Positions 7,981 through 18,381 of a stretch of 61,326 nt of DNA are shown here, one piece after another (the stretch's first letter is position 1; every line of letters starts with the position of its first letter). The notes below the pieces were generated by a model that saw only the letters and a list, made by a program, of their open reading frames with translations, searched no databases and was not told the DNA's origin. Origin of the DNA: Pseudomonadota bacterium (GTDB lineage: Bacteria; Pseudomonadota; Alphaproteobacteria; Sphingomonadales; SMXR01); assembly GCA_022566215.1 (NCBI GenBank), contig JADFJJ010000006.1:1-61326 (forward strand). The letters are read 5' to 3'. The translations under genes were made by a program, and so were the position numbers.

Positions 7981-8694
7981 TTACAAATCCCCTTTTAACA
8001 TTTTCCGACGCCCCTTCCAACCGGGCAGCATTTGATCCATCAGGGCGTAAAATTCCCGGCCGTGGTTCATATGCTCCATATGGCACAGTTCGTGGACGAT
8101 AACATAATCGATCAAACCGGTCTCCTTCAGCATCAGTTTAGCGTTCAGCGTCATGACGCCCTCACGGCCCATCGAACCCCAGCGGCTTTTCATCCAGCGG
8201 ATTTTAATCTCCGGCCGATCATGGTTGCGCCCGGCAAACGGCGGGAACAGTTTTGACAGCCGGTCCTCGAAAACACCCCTGGCCTCTTCGAGATACCAGG
8301 CCTTGAGCGCCCGTTCGATTTTTTCCGGGGCGGGAGCGCCGCGAAGCGTCAGGATAATAACCCCGTCCCTCAGCTCCGCCCGGTGGCGGACGCCCTTGAT
8401 GATGCCAAGCGGATACCTCGTCCCGAGGTAAAAGTGTGCCGCCCCATCGCGGTAGACCGGGGCATGCCCGGCGATTTTTTCAAAACGGTTTTGATGGCGT
8501 TCGATCCACCTGCGTTTTTTGAAAATCCAGTCCTCGATTTCCCGTAAAGGAGTGCGGTGCGGGGCGCGCACCACCAGCTCGCCGCCTTCCCTGATCTGCA
8601 ACGCCAGCGTACGCCGCGCCGAGCGCACCAGAGTGTAGTCCATCCCACCGGCCTTCCGGGCTGAGGTTTCGGGTTTTTTCTTCTTGAAGAACAT
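7981..8694 (-). CDS. YgjP/DUF45 (SprT-like zincin) metal-dependent hydrolase
   Basis: MKSRWGS and DYVIVHELCHMEHMNHGREFY motifs; TGATG overlap with the upstream gene. Confidence 0.9.
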   Translation of the reverse strand: MFFKKKKPETSARKAGGMDYTLVRSARRTLALQIREGGELVVRAPHRTPLREIEDWIFKKRRWIERHQNRFEKIAGHAPVYRDGAAHFYLGTRYPLGIIKGVRHRAELRDGVIILTLRGAPAPEKIERALKAWYLEEARGVFEDRLSKLFPPFAGRNHDRPEIKIRWMKSRWGSMGREGVMTLNAKLMLKETGLIDYVIVHELCHMEHMNHGREFYALMDQMLPGWKGRRKMLKGDL

Positions 8695-9584
8695 CAGCCC
8701 AAAGCCTCCGCAAAATAAGGCGCCAATACGACCGCATTGGAGGGATGCGGGATGCTGTCGGTGGAGACCACCGGGGCGATACCGGCGGCTTTGAAGGCTT
8801 TGGCCGCTTGCTCATCATAGAGAGCGTGGACCACCGCGGCGCTGACCGAGGCCGCCCCCGCCTCCAGCGCGGCCCGCGCGCAACCGATCACGGTCATGCC
8901 GGTGCTGATGACATCATCGATAATCAAAACCGGCCGCCCGGTCAGGGCTGAGCCTTCAAGGGTGACTTTGATGTCCCGGTCCCCGCGGCGTTTTTTCAGG
9001 GCGGTGATCCAGTCCAAACCAAGTGCCTCGGCAAACGGGCGGGCGATGTGGAAGGCCTCCTCATCGGGGCCGATAACAAGGGTATTTTTTTCAATCCCCC
9101 GGCCTTTGAAATAAGCCGCCAGCGGAACCGCCCCGGACAGCGCGCTCCCTTTGATGCCGGGAAAAATGCTTTCCATGGTGTGGCTTCTGTGCAGATGCGG
9201 CTCGACCGTGATCAGCCTGTCGATCCAGGGGGATATAACCCCGGCAAATATTTTTTGGCTGAGCGCTTCGCCTTTCCGGAACACCTTGTCCTGGCGCATG
9301 TAAGGCAGGTACGGCGCGACCAGCGTGATCCTGTCCGCCGCCAAATCCCTCACCGCCGAAGCCGCCTGGATGACCTCGAATATTTTCGCATTGGGATGAT
9401 GAAGGGGCCGGAATAAAATGGCCTCATCAGCCCCCTGCTCTATCCTGACCAGGGTTTCCCGGTCCGGGAAGGTATGAAGAGCAACCGAAAAATAAGGACA
9501 GCGGAGCACCGCCGCCAGCGCGCGCGCCTGGGTCTCGCATTCCGGGAAGCCATAAACGGCTTTGTGGTGTTTTGCTCCTGACAT
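8694..9584 (-). CDS. prs: Ribose-phosphate pyrophosphokinase-like protein (short, accessory type)
   Basis: FPDRET, APYLPYMRQDK, GPDEE and PRPP-binding IIDDVISTGMT motifs. Confidence 0.85.
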   Translation of the reverse strand: MSGAKHHKAVYGFPECETQARALAAVLRCPYFSVALHTFPDRETLVRIEQGADEAILFRPLHHPNAKIFEVIQAASAVRDLAADRITLVAPYLPYMRQDKVFRKGEALSQKIFAGVISPWIDRLITVEPHLHRSHTMESIFPGIKGSALSGAVPLAAYFKGRGIEKNTLVIGPDEEAFHIARPFAEALGLDWITALKKRRGDRDIKVTLEGSALTGRPVLIIDDVISTGMTVIGCARAALEAGAASVSAAVVHALYDEQAAKAFKAAGIAPVVSTDSIPHPSNAVVLAPYFAEALG

Positions 9585-9589
9585 GGCCT

Positions 9590-11083
9590 CTATCTGATTT
9601 TATACCCTGAATTCTCTTCCGCCATAGCCCGGGCGAAAGCGAAATCGGACCCGATCTCAGCATGGATACGGTATAGCGGCTCACCCTGTTTGACCTTTTC
9701 CCCGGTCTTTTTCAAAAGATCAACCCCGGCGCCCTTGAAATGAGGCGCGCCGGCGGCCCGGGCGATGCGCGCCAGACGCCCGCAATCAAGCGTTTTGACC
9801 TGGCCTGATTTTGGCGCCTTAACCTCGAAAACTTTGGTTCCGGGGTGCGTTTTTTCCGCCTTACCCTGATCACGGATAATGCCGGACATGGTCTCAAGCG
9901 CCTGGCCGCTCTCGAGAATTCTCTTGGCGGTCCGGTAGCCCTCGCCGCCCGGTAATTTGGCGTCAAACTCCAGGATCCGGCCCGCCAGCATCAAGGAGCG
10001 TTCGCGTAAGTCTTTCGGCCCGGCCTCGCGGCACGCCAGCACATCCATGACATCGCGCGCCTCAAGCACCGGGCCGATCCCGAAACCGACCGGCGCGGTC
10101 CCGTCAGTCAGGACCACGTCGACCACCATATCAATTCTCCGGGCGATATGTTCGAACAGCTTCCTCAGGCGCATCGCCTCTTTCCGGGTCTTGACCTTGG
10201 CGGTCGGGCCGACCGGGATATCGATCACCAGATGGCTGGAGCCGGCAGCGATTTTTTTCGACATGATCGAGGCCACCATCTGCTCCGGAGTGTCAATGCC
10301 AAGGGGCCTCTCGACCGAGATCATGATGTCATCGGCAGGCGACAGGTTGACCTTGCCGCCCCACACCAGGCAGCCATGGTGTTTGTGGACCACCTGCTTC
10401 ATTTTTTTCAGGTTCAAGTCGACCTCGGCCAATACCTCCATGGTATCGGCGGTCCCGGAGGGCGAGGTTATGGCGCGCGATGAGGTCTTGGGTATGGTCA
10501 GGCCGTAGGCCGCGACAATCGGCACAATCACCATCGAAGTGCGGTTCCCGGGCAAGCCGCCGACGCAGTGTTTGTCGACCACCAATGGGTAGGCGTGGTC
10601 CCAATCGAGGATATTCCCGGCCTTGGCCATGGCGACCGTCAGGTTGAAAATTTCCTCAACCGTCATGAAGCTGGCGCATGAGACCAGAAAAGCGGCGATC
10701 TCCATCTTGGAATAGCGGTAGGCGGCAATATCGTCGACGATCTCCCTGATCGCCCTGGCGCCCAGAACTTCGCCATAGATTTTGGCGCGGACATGATCAA
10801 GACTGGCCGGGGGGGTTGCCGGGGTGATCGAGACCTGGCCGCCCTCCTTGAGGCCAAGACGCCGGAATGCGGGGATTGAAAGCCCAAGCTCCATACACCC
10901 GAGGATCTTTTCATCTTCAACCACATTCAGGGTGGCAAGGATGGTTTTGCCGTGGCGGCCGGAAACTTCAACTTTGTTTAAGCCCAGAAACTCTTCGGGT
11001 TTGTAAATTTTGCAGGCGCACGAGAGATAGGCAATGTTCTCCCCGTAGGTATCAATTTTCAGGCATTTTACGCTTAGCGTCAT
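9590..11083 (-). CDS. Thymidine phosphorylase family protein, AMP-phosphorylase-like (about 500 aa)
   Basis: DKHCVGGLPGNRT, KTSSRAITSPSGTAD and N-terminal extension typical of the AMP phosphorylase subgroup. Confidence 0.9.
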   Translation of the reverse strand: MTLSVKCLKIDTYGENIAYLSCACKIYKPEEFLGLNKVEVSGRHGKTILATLNVVEDEKILGCMELGLSIPAFRRLGLKEGGQVSITPATPPASLDHVRAKIYGEVLGARAIREIVDDIAAYRYSKMEIAAFLVSCASFMTVEEIFNLTVAMAKAGNILDWDHAYPLVVDKHCVGGLPGNRTSMVIVPIVAAYGLTIPKTSSRAITSPSGTADTMEVLAEVDLNLKKMKQVVHKHHGCLVWGGKVNLSPADDIMISVERPLGIDTPEQMVASIMSKKIAAGSSHLVIDIPVGPTAKVKTRKEAMRLRKLFEHIARRIDMVVDVVLTDGTAPVGFGIGPVLEARDVMDVLACREAGPKDLRERSLMLAGRILEFDAKLPGGEGYRTAKRILESGQALETMSGIIRDQGKAEKTHPGTKVFEVKAPKSGQVKTLDCGRLARIARAAGAPHFKGAGVDLLKKTGEKVKQGEPLYRIHAEIGSDFAFARAMAEENSGYKIR

Positions 11084-11195
11084 GTCAGTCCCTGGAAGCC
11101 CTGGCCACTTGGCCCGTTGCTTTTCCGGTTAAGCGGTGTAAACTTAAATCACTCACATAAGAAAAAATGACGCAAAACCGCAAAAAGGTCAAACA

Positions 11196-11714
11196 ATGAA
11201 AATAAACCGGCTCTCTCAGTCCCTTGCCGCCCTGGCCCTGATTATCCTCAGCCCGGCCAAGGGATACGCCGCTGAGCCGGTTTTGTGGGAAACCTTCGAG
11301 AACTGGAAGGTATATTTGTCCACTACCGCTGGCGGGGATTTTGACCTTTGCATGGCCACCAGAACCTACCACAACGAGGAAATGCTGGTCTTTTACGCGG
11401 ATGCCAAAACCTCGGCGCTGGGCCTGTTTATCGAGGATTGGAAACTGGACGCACGCGACCGGTATCCGGTTCACCTGCAGTTTGACGGCGGACCGCTGAT
11501 CGAAACCGTTGCGATTGCCGATGAAACCAAGGAATCCGTTCTGTTCGACCTGAACCTGAACCAGCATATCCAGGCACTGACAGAGGCCGCGATAATGACG
11601 CTGCACACCGGCGCCGGAGCATTGGATTATGACTTAACAGGTGCTGAAGAGGCCATTAAAAGCGCTGCTATCTGCGCGGTGAACAATGCCCCGCCCGGCT
11701 CATTGGAGGAATAG
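11196..11714 (+). CDS. Hypothetical secreted protein
   Basis: Signal peptide ending GYA-A; acidic mature region with two Cys; fills the gap between divergent operons. Confidence 0.65.
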   Translation: MKINRLSQSLAALALIILSPAKGYAAEPVLWETFENWKVYLSTTAGGDFDLCMATRTYHNEEMLVFYADAKTSALGLFIEDWKLDARDRYPVHLQFDGGPLIETVAIADETKESVLFDLNLNQHIQALTEAAIMTLHTGAGALDYDLTGAEEAIKSAAICAVNNAPPGSLEE

Positions 11715-11817
11715 CGGTTCTCCTTATTGGAGAGATTTTTTTCTGATCCCGTTTGACTCTTCCAAAAACCCCGATATAGTTTTTCACCGGCTAACAATTA
11801 ACACATCAGGGGATATT

Positions 11818-14800
11818 ATGACCGAGGTTTCTGTGAAAGGTCGGTTGACCAGAATTCTTATTTGCGCGGGCGTGGTTTTTACTGCTCTGTTGACCATTTC
11901 CGGCACGGCATTGGCCGAGGTCGATGAAAAATATTTTGAAGCGCTGGAATACCGCCTGGTCGGCCCGTTCCGGGGCGGGCGTTCGACAGCGGTTGCCGGG
12001 GATGTCCACAATCCCCTGACGTTTTACATGGGCGCCACCGGCGGCGGGGTATGGGTAACCCATAACGCCGGCCAGACCTGGGATAATATTTCCGACGGCC
12101 AGTTCAATGTCGGCTCAATCGGCGCGATTGCGGTTGCCCCCTCTGATCCAAACGTGATTTACGTCGGAACCGGCAGCGCTGGCATCCGCGGGGTTTCGGT
12201 CTCAACCGGCGACGGCGTCTACCGTTCAACCGACAAGGGCAAAACCTGGAAAAACGTTGGCCTTGCCAATTCAAGAACGATATCCGCGATTGTCATTCAC
12301 CCCGCCAATCCCGACCTTTTATATGTCGCCGTTCAAGGCTCATCATGGGGGCCGACCGAAGAGCGCGGCATTTACCGCTCAAAGGACGGCGGGGAAACCT
12401 GGGAAAATATCCTTTATGTCAATGACACCACCGGCGCATCCGATATCGTCATGGACCCGGCCAACACCAGGATCCTTTATGCCGGGATGTGGGATCACCT
12501 GAGGCGCCCCTGGGAAATCCGCTCCGGCGGGGAAGGCTCAGGTTTGCATAAATCAACCGATGGCGGCGATACCTGGGAGACAATAAATGAAGGTTTGCCG
12601 GAACTGATTGGTAAAACCGGGGTTTCCGTTTCGGCCAACCCGGACCGGATTTACGCCATCATTGAGGCCGAGGACAAAAAGGGCGGGCTTTACCGGTCTG
12701 AGAACGGCGGCGAGGATTGGACGCTGATTAACGATGATCGCAGGCTTTACCAGCGCGCCTGGTATTACACCCATGTGTTTGCCGATCCTGTTGACGAAAA
12801 CACTGTTTATGTCCTGGATGCGGGAGCGTCCAAATCGATCGATGGAGGGAAATCCTTTGAGAGTTTTGCGCAAGACGTCCACGGCGACCATCATGGCCTT
12901 TGGATTAATCCCGGGAATACCGACTTTATGATCAATGCCAACGACGGCGGCGGGACCGTTACGGTTGATGGCGGCAAAACCTGGAGCCGCCAGGATAACC
13001 AGCCCACCGCCCAATTTTACCGGGTCAATGCCGATCATGGCTACCCTTACAAAATTTATGGCGGTCAGCAGGACAATTCCAGCGTGGCGATTTACAGCCG
13101 CGGACCCGATGGCGGGATTGGCCGCGATGATTACGGGTCGGTGGGCGGGTGTGAAAGCGCCCATGTCGCCTTTGACCCGGATAATCCGCGCTATGTTTAC
13201 GCCGGGTGCTATCTGGGCTTGCTGTCCGAATATGACCAGGAAACCGGGCTCACCCGCGGGATTTCCCTGCTGCCCCATATCGGGGCCGGGGTTTCGCCGA
13301 GCGAGCGCGCATACCGCTTTAACTGGAATGCCCCGATTATTGTATCATCCCATGACCCAAACGTAATTTATTACGCCGGCAACGTCCTTTTCAAATCCAC
13401 CGACCGGGCCGAAAACTGGGAGGTTATAAGCCCCGACCTGACCCGCGATGATGAGGCGCATCAAGGCCCGATGGGCCAGCCCATCACCAACGAGGTGGCC
13501 GAGCATTACAATACCATTTTCGCACTGGTTGAATCACCCCATGATGCTGGCGTTCTTTATGTTGGCAGCGATGACGGCCTGGTAAACATCACCCGCGATG
13601 GCGGCGCCACCTGGCAGGACATCACCCCGAGACGGCTGGGCGAGGTGATGATCAATTCGATCGAGGTTTCCCCGCACACGCCCGGAACCGCTTATCTGGT
13701 CGCTACCGGCTATAAGAATAACGACCACGCGCCGATGATTTTCAAGACCACCAATTACGGGGCTAGATGGACCAATATTTCGGACGGCATTCCGGAACAT
13801 GAATTCGCCCGCGTGGTCCGCGAAGACACGGTCAGACCGGGGCTTCTTTTTGCCGGAACAGAGCGCGGTGTTCATATCTCCTTTGATGGCGGGAAAACCT
13901 GGCAGCCGTTCCAGCAGAACCTGCCCGCGGTTCCGGTCACCGACATCAAGGTCAATGGCAACGACCTGGTGCTTGCCACCCAGGGCCGCTCGTTCTGGGT
14001 GATGGATGATATCTCATCGCTGCGCGCCCACAACGAGGCCATGGAAGAGGCCAATATCACGCTTCTTGACCCGGCCGACGCGGCTTATTTCAATACCGTT
14101 GGCCAGGTCTATCGAAATCCGGTCCAGAACCCGGAAGACGGGGTTTATATCCATTTTGCCATCAACGACGTTGAGGCGGCCGGGGAAATGACCCTGGAAA
14201 TCCTCGATGAAAGTGGCGATGTGATCAGGACCTACCTCACCGAGGGCGAGGAAGAAACGGACTTTGAGACATTTGAGGCGGTAGAGGGGATGAACCGCCT
14301 GGTCTGGGATTATTCCGGCGAGCCGGTAAAACCTCTGGAAGGCTATTTTAATTATGCGAACTTCAGCCCCTCCTACCTGATGCCGCCCGGGAATTATTCG
14401 GTGCGGCTGTCATACGGTGAGGAAAGCCAGCAGCAAAGCTTTACGGTTTCCGATGATCCGCGCTCGCCAATCCCGGGTTTTATGAAGGGAGAACAGAATG
14501 AGCTTGTTCTCGACCTTTACAAACGGATTTATGAGCTTCATGAAAATATTCTAGACCTTCAGCTGGTCAAGGCCCAGGTGCAGGAAAAACTGGATCTGCC
14601 GGATGACATCGGCATGCCGGGCTCGGTGGTTGAAGCCGGCGAAGACCTGATTGAAAACATTGACGCCTGGATCGCCACCCTGATCAACAAAGAGCGGACA
14701 AACTTCCAGGACAGTCTCAATTGGGGAGATAAATACCTCGACCTCCTTCATTGGACATACATCAGCTTCCAATCGGAGGTTCCACCGCTGAACCGGAACC

Positions 14801-15006
14801 AGGTTTCCGAATATCACAATCTGGTTGGCCAGTGGGATGATATCGTGGCCGGGCGCGACCGGATAATTGCCGAGGATATTGTCAACTTCAACGCCCTTTA
14901 TTCCGAAAAAGAAATCCCTGCGCTTATTATGCCGGGGGTCCTTCCGGAGGAACCGGAAACGGACGACACCACCAAAGAAGAAACCGAAGAGAGCGAGGAT
15001 CAATAA
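11818..15006 (+). CDS. VPS10/sortilin-like BNR-repeat beta-propeller protein (glycosyl hydrolase-like), copy 1
   Basis: Signal peptide; many Asp-box SxDGGxTW repeats; GPFRGGR, DHHGLWINP and YRFNWNAP motifs. Confidence 0.9.
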   Translation: MTEVSVKGRLTRILICAGVVFTALLTISGTALAEVDEKYFEALEYRLVGPFRGGRSTAVAGDVHNPLTFYMGATGGGVWVTHNAGQTWDNISDGQFNVGSIGAIAVAPSDPNVIYVGTGSAGIRGVSVSTGDGVYRSTDKGKTWKNVGLANSRTISAIVIHPANPDLLYVAVQGSSWGPTEERGIYRSKDGGETWENILYVNDTTGASDIVMDPANTRILYAGMWDHLRRPWEIRSGGEGSGLHKSTDGGDTWETINEGLPELIGKTGVSVSANPDRIYAIIEAEDKKGGLYRSENGGEDWTLINDDRRLYQRAWYYTHVFADPVDENTVYVLDAGASKSIDGGKSFESFAQDVHGDHHGLWINPGNTDFMINANDGGGTVTVDGGKTWSRQDNQPTAQFYRVNADHGYPYKIYGGQQDNSSVAIYSRGPDGGIGRDDYGSVGGCESAHVAFDPDNPRYVYAGCYLGLLSEYDQETGLTRGISLLPHIGAGVSPSERAYRFNWNAPIIVSSHDPNVIYYAGNVLFKSTDRAENWEVISPDLTRDDEAHQGPMGQPITNEVAEHYNTIFALVESPHDAGVLYVGSDDGLVNITRDGGATWQDITPRRLGEVMINSIEVSPHTPGTAYLVATGYKNNDHAPMIFKTTNYGARWTNISDGIPEHEFARVVREDTVRPGLLFAGTERGVHISFDGGKTWQPFQQNLPAVPVTDIKVNGNDLVLATQGRSFWVMDDISSLRAHNEAMEEANITLLDPADAAYFNTVGQVYRNPVQNPEDGVYIHFAINDVEAAGEMTLEILDESGDVIRTYLTEGEEETDFETFEAVEGMNRLVWDYSGEPVKPLEGYFNYANFSPSYLMPPGNYSVRLSYGEESQQQSFTVSDDPRSPIPGFMKGEQNELVLDLYKRIYELHENILDLQLVKAQVQEKLDLPDDIGMPGSVVEAGEDLIENIDAWIATLINKERTNFQDSLNWGDKYLDLLHWTYISFQSEVPPLNRNQVSEYHNLVGQWDDIVAGRDRIIAEDIVNFNALYSEKEIPALIMPGVLPEEPETDDTTKEETEESEDQ

Positions 15007-15007
15007 C

Positions 15008-18000
15008 ATGAGCACGACAAAAACCTTAAAAAAACTGTTGGGCTTCACGGCGCTGGCCGGGGCCGGCCTGTTCGCCTTGGCGGCCGCCGCCGAAATGGAT
15101 TCCGACCTGTTCGAGGGCATGAAAGCCCGCTCCATCGGCCCAGCCGGAATGAGCGGGCGTATCTCCATTGTCGAAGCAGTGGTCTCGGACCTCAATATTA
15201 TTTTCGCCGGGTCGGCTACCGGCGGGGTGTGGCGCTCCAGGGACGGCGGCATGACCTGGCAGCCGGTTTTTGATGATATGGATGTGGCCTCGATCGGCGC
15301 GCTGGCGATCAACCAGCAGAACCCGGATATTATCTGGGTCGGCTCGGGCGAGGGCAACCCCCGCAACTCCACCTCGATCGGGGCCGGGGTCTATAAATCA
15401 ATCGACGGCGGCGATACTTGGATCAAGGTAGGGCTGGAAAACTCCGAGCGCATCAACTGGATCCAGCTGCACCCAACCAACCCTGACATCGCCTATGTCG
15501 CGGCGTTGGGAACGCTTTGGGGTCCCAATCAGGAACGCGGCCTCTTCAAGACCACCGATGGCGGCAAGACCTGGAACAAAATCCTTTATGTCGATGAAAA
15601 CACCGGCGCCACCGATATCAAGATGGACCCTTCCAACCCCAACAAGCTGTATGCCGCGATGTGGGAGTTCCGGCGCTGGCCGTACTTCTTCAAATCCGGC
15701 GGCCCCGGCTCCAGCCTTTACAGATCCTACGACGGCGGGGAAAACTGGATAGAGATCACCGAGGAAGACGGCCTGCCGGGCGGCGAATGGGGCCGCGCTA
15801 GCTTTGCCATCGCCGCCAGCAACCCGGACAAGGTCTATCTGGTTCTGGAAACAGAGAAAAATAATGTCGCCGCCCGCTCGGATGACGGCGGCGTCACCTG
15901 GACGGTCACCAACGAAGAGATCAACAACACCGGCCGGCCCTTCTATTACACCGAAATCCAGGTCGACCCGAAAAACGAAAACCGGGTTTATAACATCCAG
16001 TCCACGGTTCACATGTCAATCGATGGCGCCAAGACTTTCGAGATGCTGCCGATGATCAACTGCTGTTCGGCGCCGAACGCTATCCATATCGATGTCCATT
16101 CCATGTGGATCAATCCCAATAACCCCGACCACATGATGCTCGGGAACGACGGCGGAATTGCCATTTCCTATGACATGGGGGCGACCTGGCGGCATGTCGC
16201 CAATCTGCCGCTGGCGCAGTTCTATCACATCAATGTCGACAACGATCATCCCTACAACATCTATGGCGGGTTGCAGGACAATGGCTCGTGGCGCGGCCCG
16301 TCCGAGGTTTGGGAAAACGGCGGCATCCGCAATTTCCACTGGCAGGAAGTATTCTTCGGTGATGGCTTTGACACCCTGCCCGACCCGGAAGATTCGATGC
16401 AAGGCTACGCCATGGCCCAGGGCGGCGCCCTGGTCCGCTGGGATATGCATACCGGTGAGACCCGCTTTATCGCCCCGACCCGGGTCGAGGAAGGGGTGGA
16501 TCTCCGCTTTAACTGGAGCGCCGGCCTGGCCCAGGATCCATTCGATCCAGCAACCATTTATTACGGCAGCCAGTATCTCCACAAATCCACCGACCGGGGC
16601 CTGACCTGGCAGGCGATCTCGGGCGACCTGACCACCAACAATCCCGAATGGCAGACCTTTAAAGAAACCGGCGGACTGACCCCGGACGTGACCGCGGCTG
16701 AGTTTTACACCACCATCACCGCGATCGCCCCAAGCCCGGTTGAGGAGGGGGTGATCTGGGTCGGCACCGATGACGGGCGGCTGCACATCACCCGTGACGG
16801 CGGAGCAACCTGGGAAAGCCTGGAGGGACGCCTGCGCGGGGTTCCCGACAATACCTGGATACCGCATATTGAACCCTCGCCCCACGACCCCTCGGTGGCC
16901 TTTATCGTCTTTGACAACCACCGCCGCTCCGACATGAAGCCTTACATCTACCGGGCCGATAACTATGGCCGGCGTTTCACCAATATCACGACCCGTGAGG
17001 TCAAGGGTTATGCGCTGTCTATCCAGCAGGATCATGTCGATCCTAACCTTTTGTTCCTGGGCACCGAGTTCGGCCTTTTTGTCTCCACCAATGGCGGCGA
17101 TGACTGGATGAAATGGACCGCTGGGGTTCCCACGGTTTCGGTCATGGACATGGCCATTCAGGAGCGCGAGAACGACCTGGTGCTGGGCACCCATGGCCGG
17201 GCCATTTTCGTTATAGACGATTACAGCGGCCTGCGCGGTCTGTCGGAAGACGATTTCGGGGAACGTTTCAAGCTGCTGTCTATGACCGAAGGCCAGCAGT
17301 ATTATTCCAAACAGTCGCCTTCGCTGCGTTTTGACGGGGCTACCGGCTATCGCGGCCCCAACGAGGCGCGCGGGGTGATGATCACCTTTATCGCCTCCGG
17401 TGATGACCTGACCCATCCGGATGCCGATCAGGAACGCGCCCGCAAGATTGCCCGGCGCAGCTCGGATGACGAGGCGGAAAAGCCTGGCCATGAAGGCAAG
17501 CTGACGGTCGAGGTGAGGAACGCCGGCGGCGAATTGCTCAGGACCTTCAAGCACGACCTTCACCAGGGTATCAACCGGATTGTCTGGGACATGCGGCGCG
17601 ATGGCTCGAAGCCTTTCCCGAACCCGGACAAGCCGCCCAAGGACACCCTGCCCCCCGGCCCTGAGGTGGTTCCCGGCGAATACCAGATCACGCTGAAGTT
17701 CGACGGCCAGGAAATCAGTGGCACGGCCACGGTCGCCGGCGACCCCAGGACCGGACTTTCGGCGGAAGCGCTTAAGGCCAATTACGATGCCGCGGTCGAG
17801 GTCGGTGAAATGCTGACCACCACCAGCGAGGCGCTGACCCGGTTGATCGAGGCCAGGGATGACATCGAGCTCCTGAAAGAATGGGCGGCCAAGGCCAAAA
17901 AAGCCTCCGGGGAAGAAAATGACAACCAGGAAGAAGATGTTTCCGAACAAGCAGCCGCTGATTCCACCGATAGCGGAGAAGAAAATGGGGAAGAAAACGA

Positions 18001-18349
18001 AACACCGGATAATCCTTATGACGCTTTCATCAAGGAGGCCGATGCCACGCTCGAAAAACTGAATGAGCTGGAGAAGAACATCTGGACGCCGCCCGATACC
18101 AAGGGCTTTGTCGATACCTCGTACAAGCTGACCAACTATATTTTCACGGCCTCTTTCTATGTTCAATCGAGCTATGATGCGCCCTCGGCAACCGCTAAGG
18201 CCGCCATGGAGGAAGCCCGCCGGAAACTGGCCGAGCGCATCGGTGAACTGGATGCTATCTTCGCCGGGGATATCGCCAATCTGAGGGATCAGGCGGCGGA
18301 GCTGGAGCTTGGCGTATTAAGGCCGGTTGAGCCTTTGGGAGACTCCTGA
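15008..18349 (+). CDS. VPS10/sortilin-like BNR-repeat beta-propeller protein, copy 2
   Basis: Signal peptide; IGPAGMSGRI, Asp-box repeats, RFNWSA; ATG 1 nt after the stop of copy 1. Confidence 0.9.
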   Translation: MSTTKTLKKLLGFTALAGAGLFALAAAAEMDSDLFEGMKARSIGPAGMSGRISIVEAVVSDLNIIFAGSATGGVWRSRDGGMTWQPVFDDMDVASIGALAINQQNPDIIWVGSGEGNPRNSTSIGAGVYKSIDGGDTWIKVGLENSERINWIQLHPTNPDIAYVAALGTLWGPNQERGLFKTTDGGKTWNKILYVDENTGATDIKMDPSNPNKLYAAMWEFRRWPYFFKSGGPGSSLYRSYDGGENWIEITEEDGLPGGEWGRASFAIAASNPDKVYLVLETEKNNVAARSDDGGVTWTVTNEEINNTGRPFYYTEIQVDPKNENRVYNIQSTVHMSIDGAKTFEMLPMINCCSAPNAIHIDVHSMWINPNNPDHMMLGNDGGIAISYDMGATWRHVANLPLAQFYHINVDNDHPYNIYGGLQDNGSWRGPSEVWENGGIRNFHWQEVFFGDGFDTLPDPEDSMQGYAMAQGGALVRWDMHTGETRFIAPTRVEEGVDLRFNWSAGLAQDPFDPATIYYGSQYLHKSTDRGLTWQAISGDLTTNNPEWQTFKETGGLTPDVTAAEFYTTITAIAPSPVEEGVIWVGTDDGRLHITRDGGATWESLEGRLRGVPDNTWIPHIEPSPHDPSVAFIVFDNHRRSDMKPYIYRADNYGRRFTNITTREVKGYALSIQQDHVDPNLLFLGTEFGLFVSTNGGDDWMKWTAGVPTVSVMDMAIQERENDLVLGTHGRAIFVIDDYSGLRGLSEDDFGERFKLLSMTEGQQYYSKQSPSLRFDGATGYRGPNEARGVMITFIASGDDLTHPDADQERARKIARRSSDDEAEKPGHEGKLTVEVRNAGGELLRTFKHDLHQGINRIVWDMRRDGSKPFPNPDKPPKDTLPPGPEVVPGEYQITLKFDGQEISGTATVAGDPRTGLSAEALKANYDAAVEVGEMLTTTSEALTRLIEARDDIELLKEWAAKAKKASGEENDNQEEDVSEQAAADSTDSGEENGEENETPDNPYDAFIKEADATLEKLNELEKNIWTPPDTKGFVDTSYKLTNYIFTASFYVQSSYDAPSATAKAAMEEARRKLAERIGELDAIFAGDIANLRDQAAELELGVLRPVEPLGDS

Positions 18350-18381
18350 TACACAAACTTTGAATTTTCAGGAGCCCGGTC

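Noticed and set aside
16016-18166. 716-aa minus-strand ORF
   Set aside because: Antisense shadow of VPS10 gene copy 2 in GC-rich coding DNA; no motifs.
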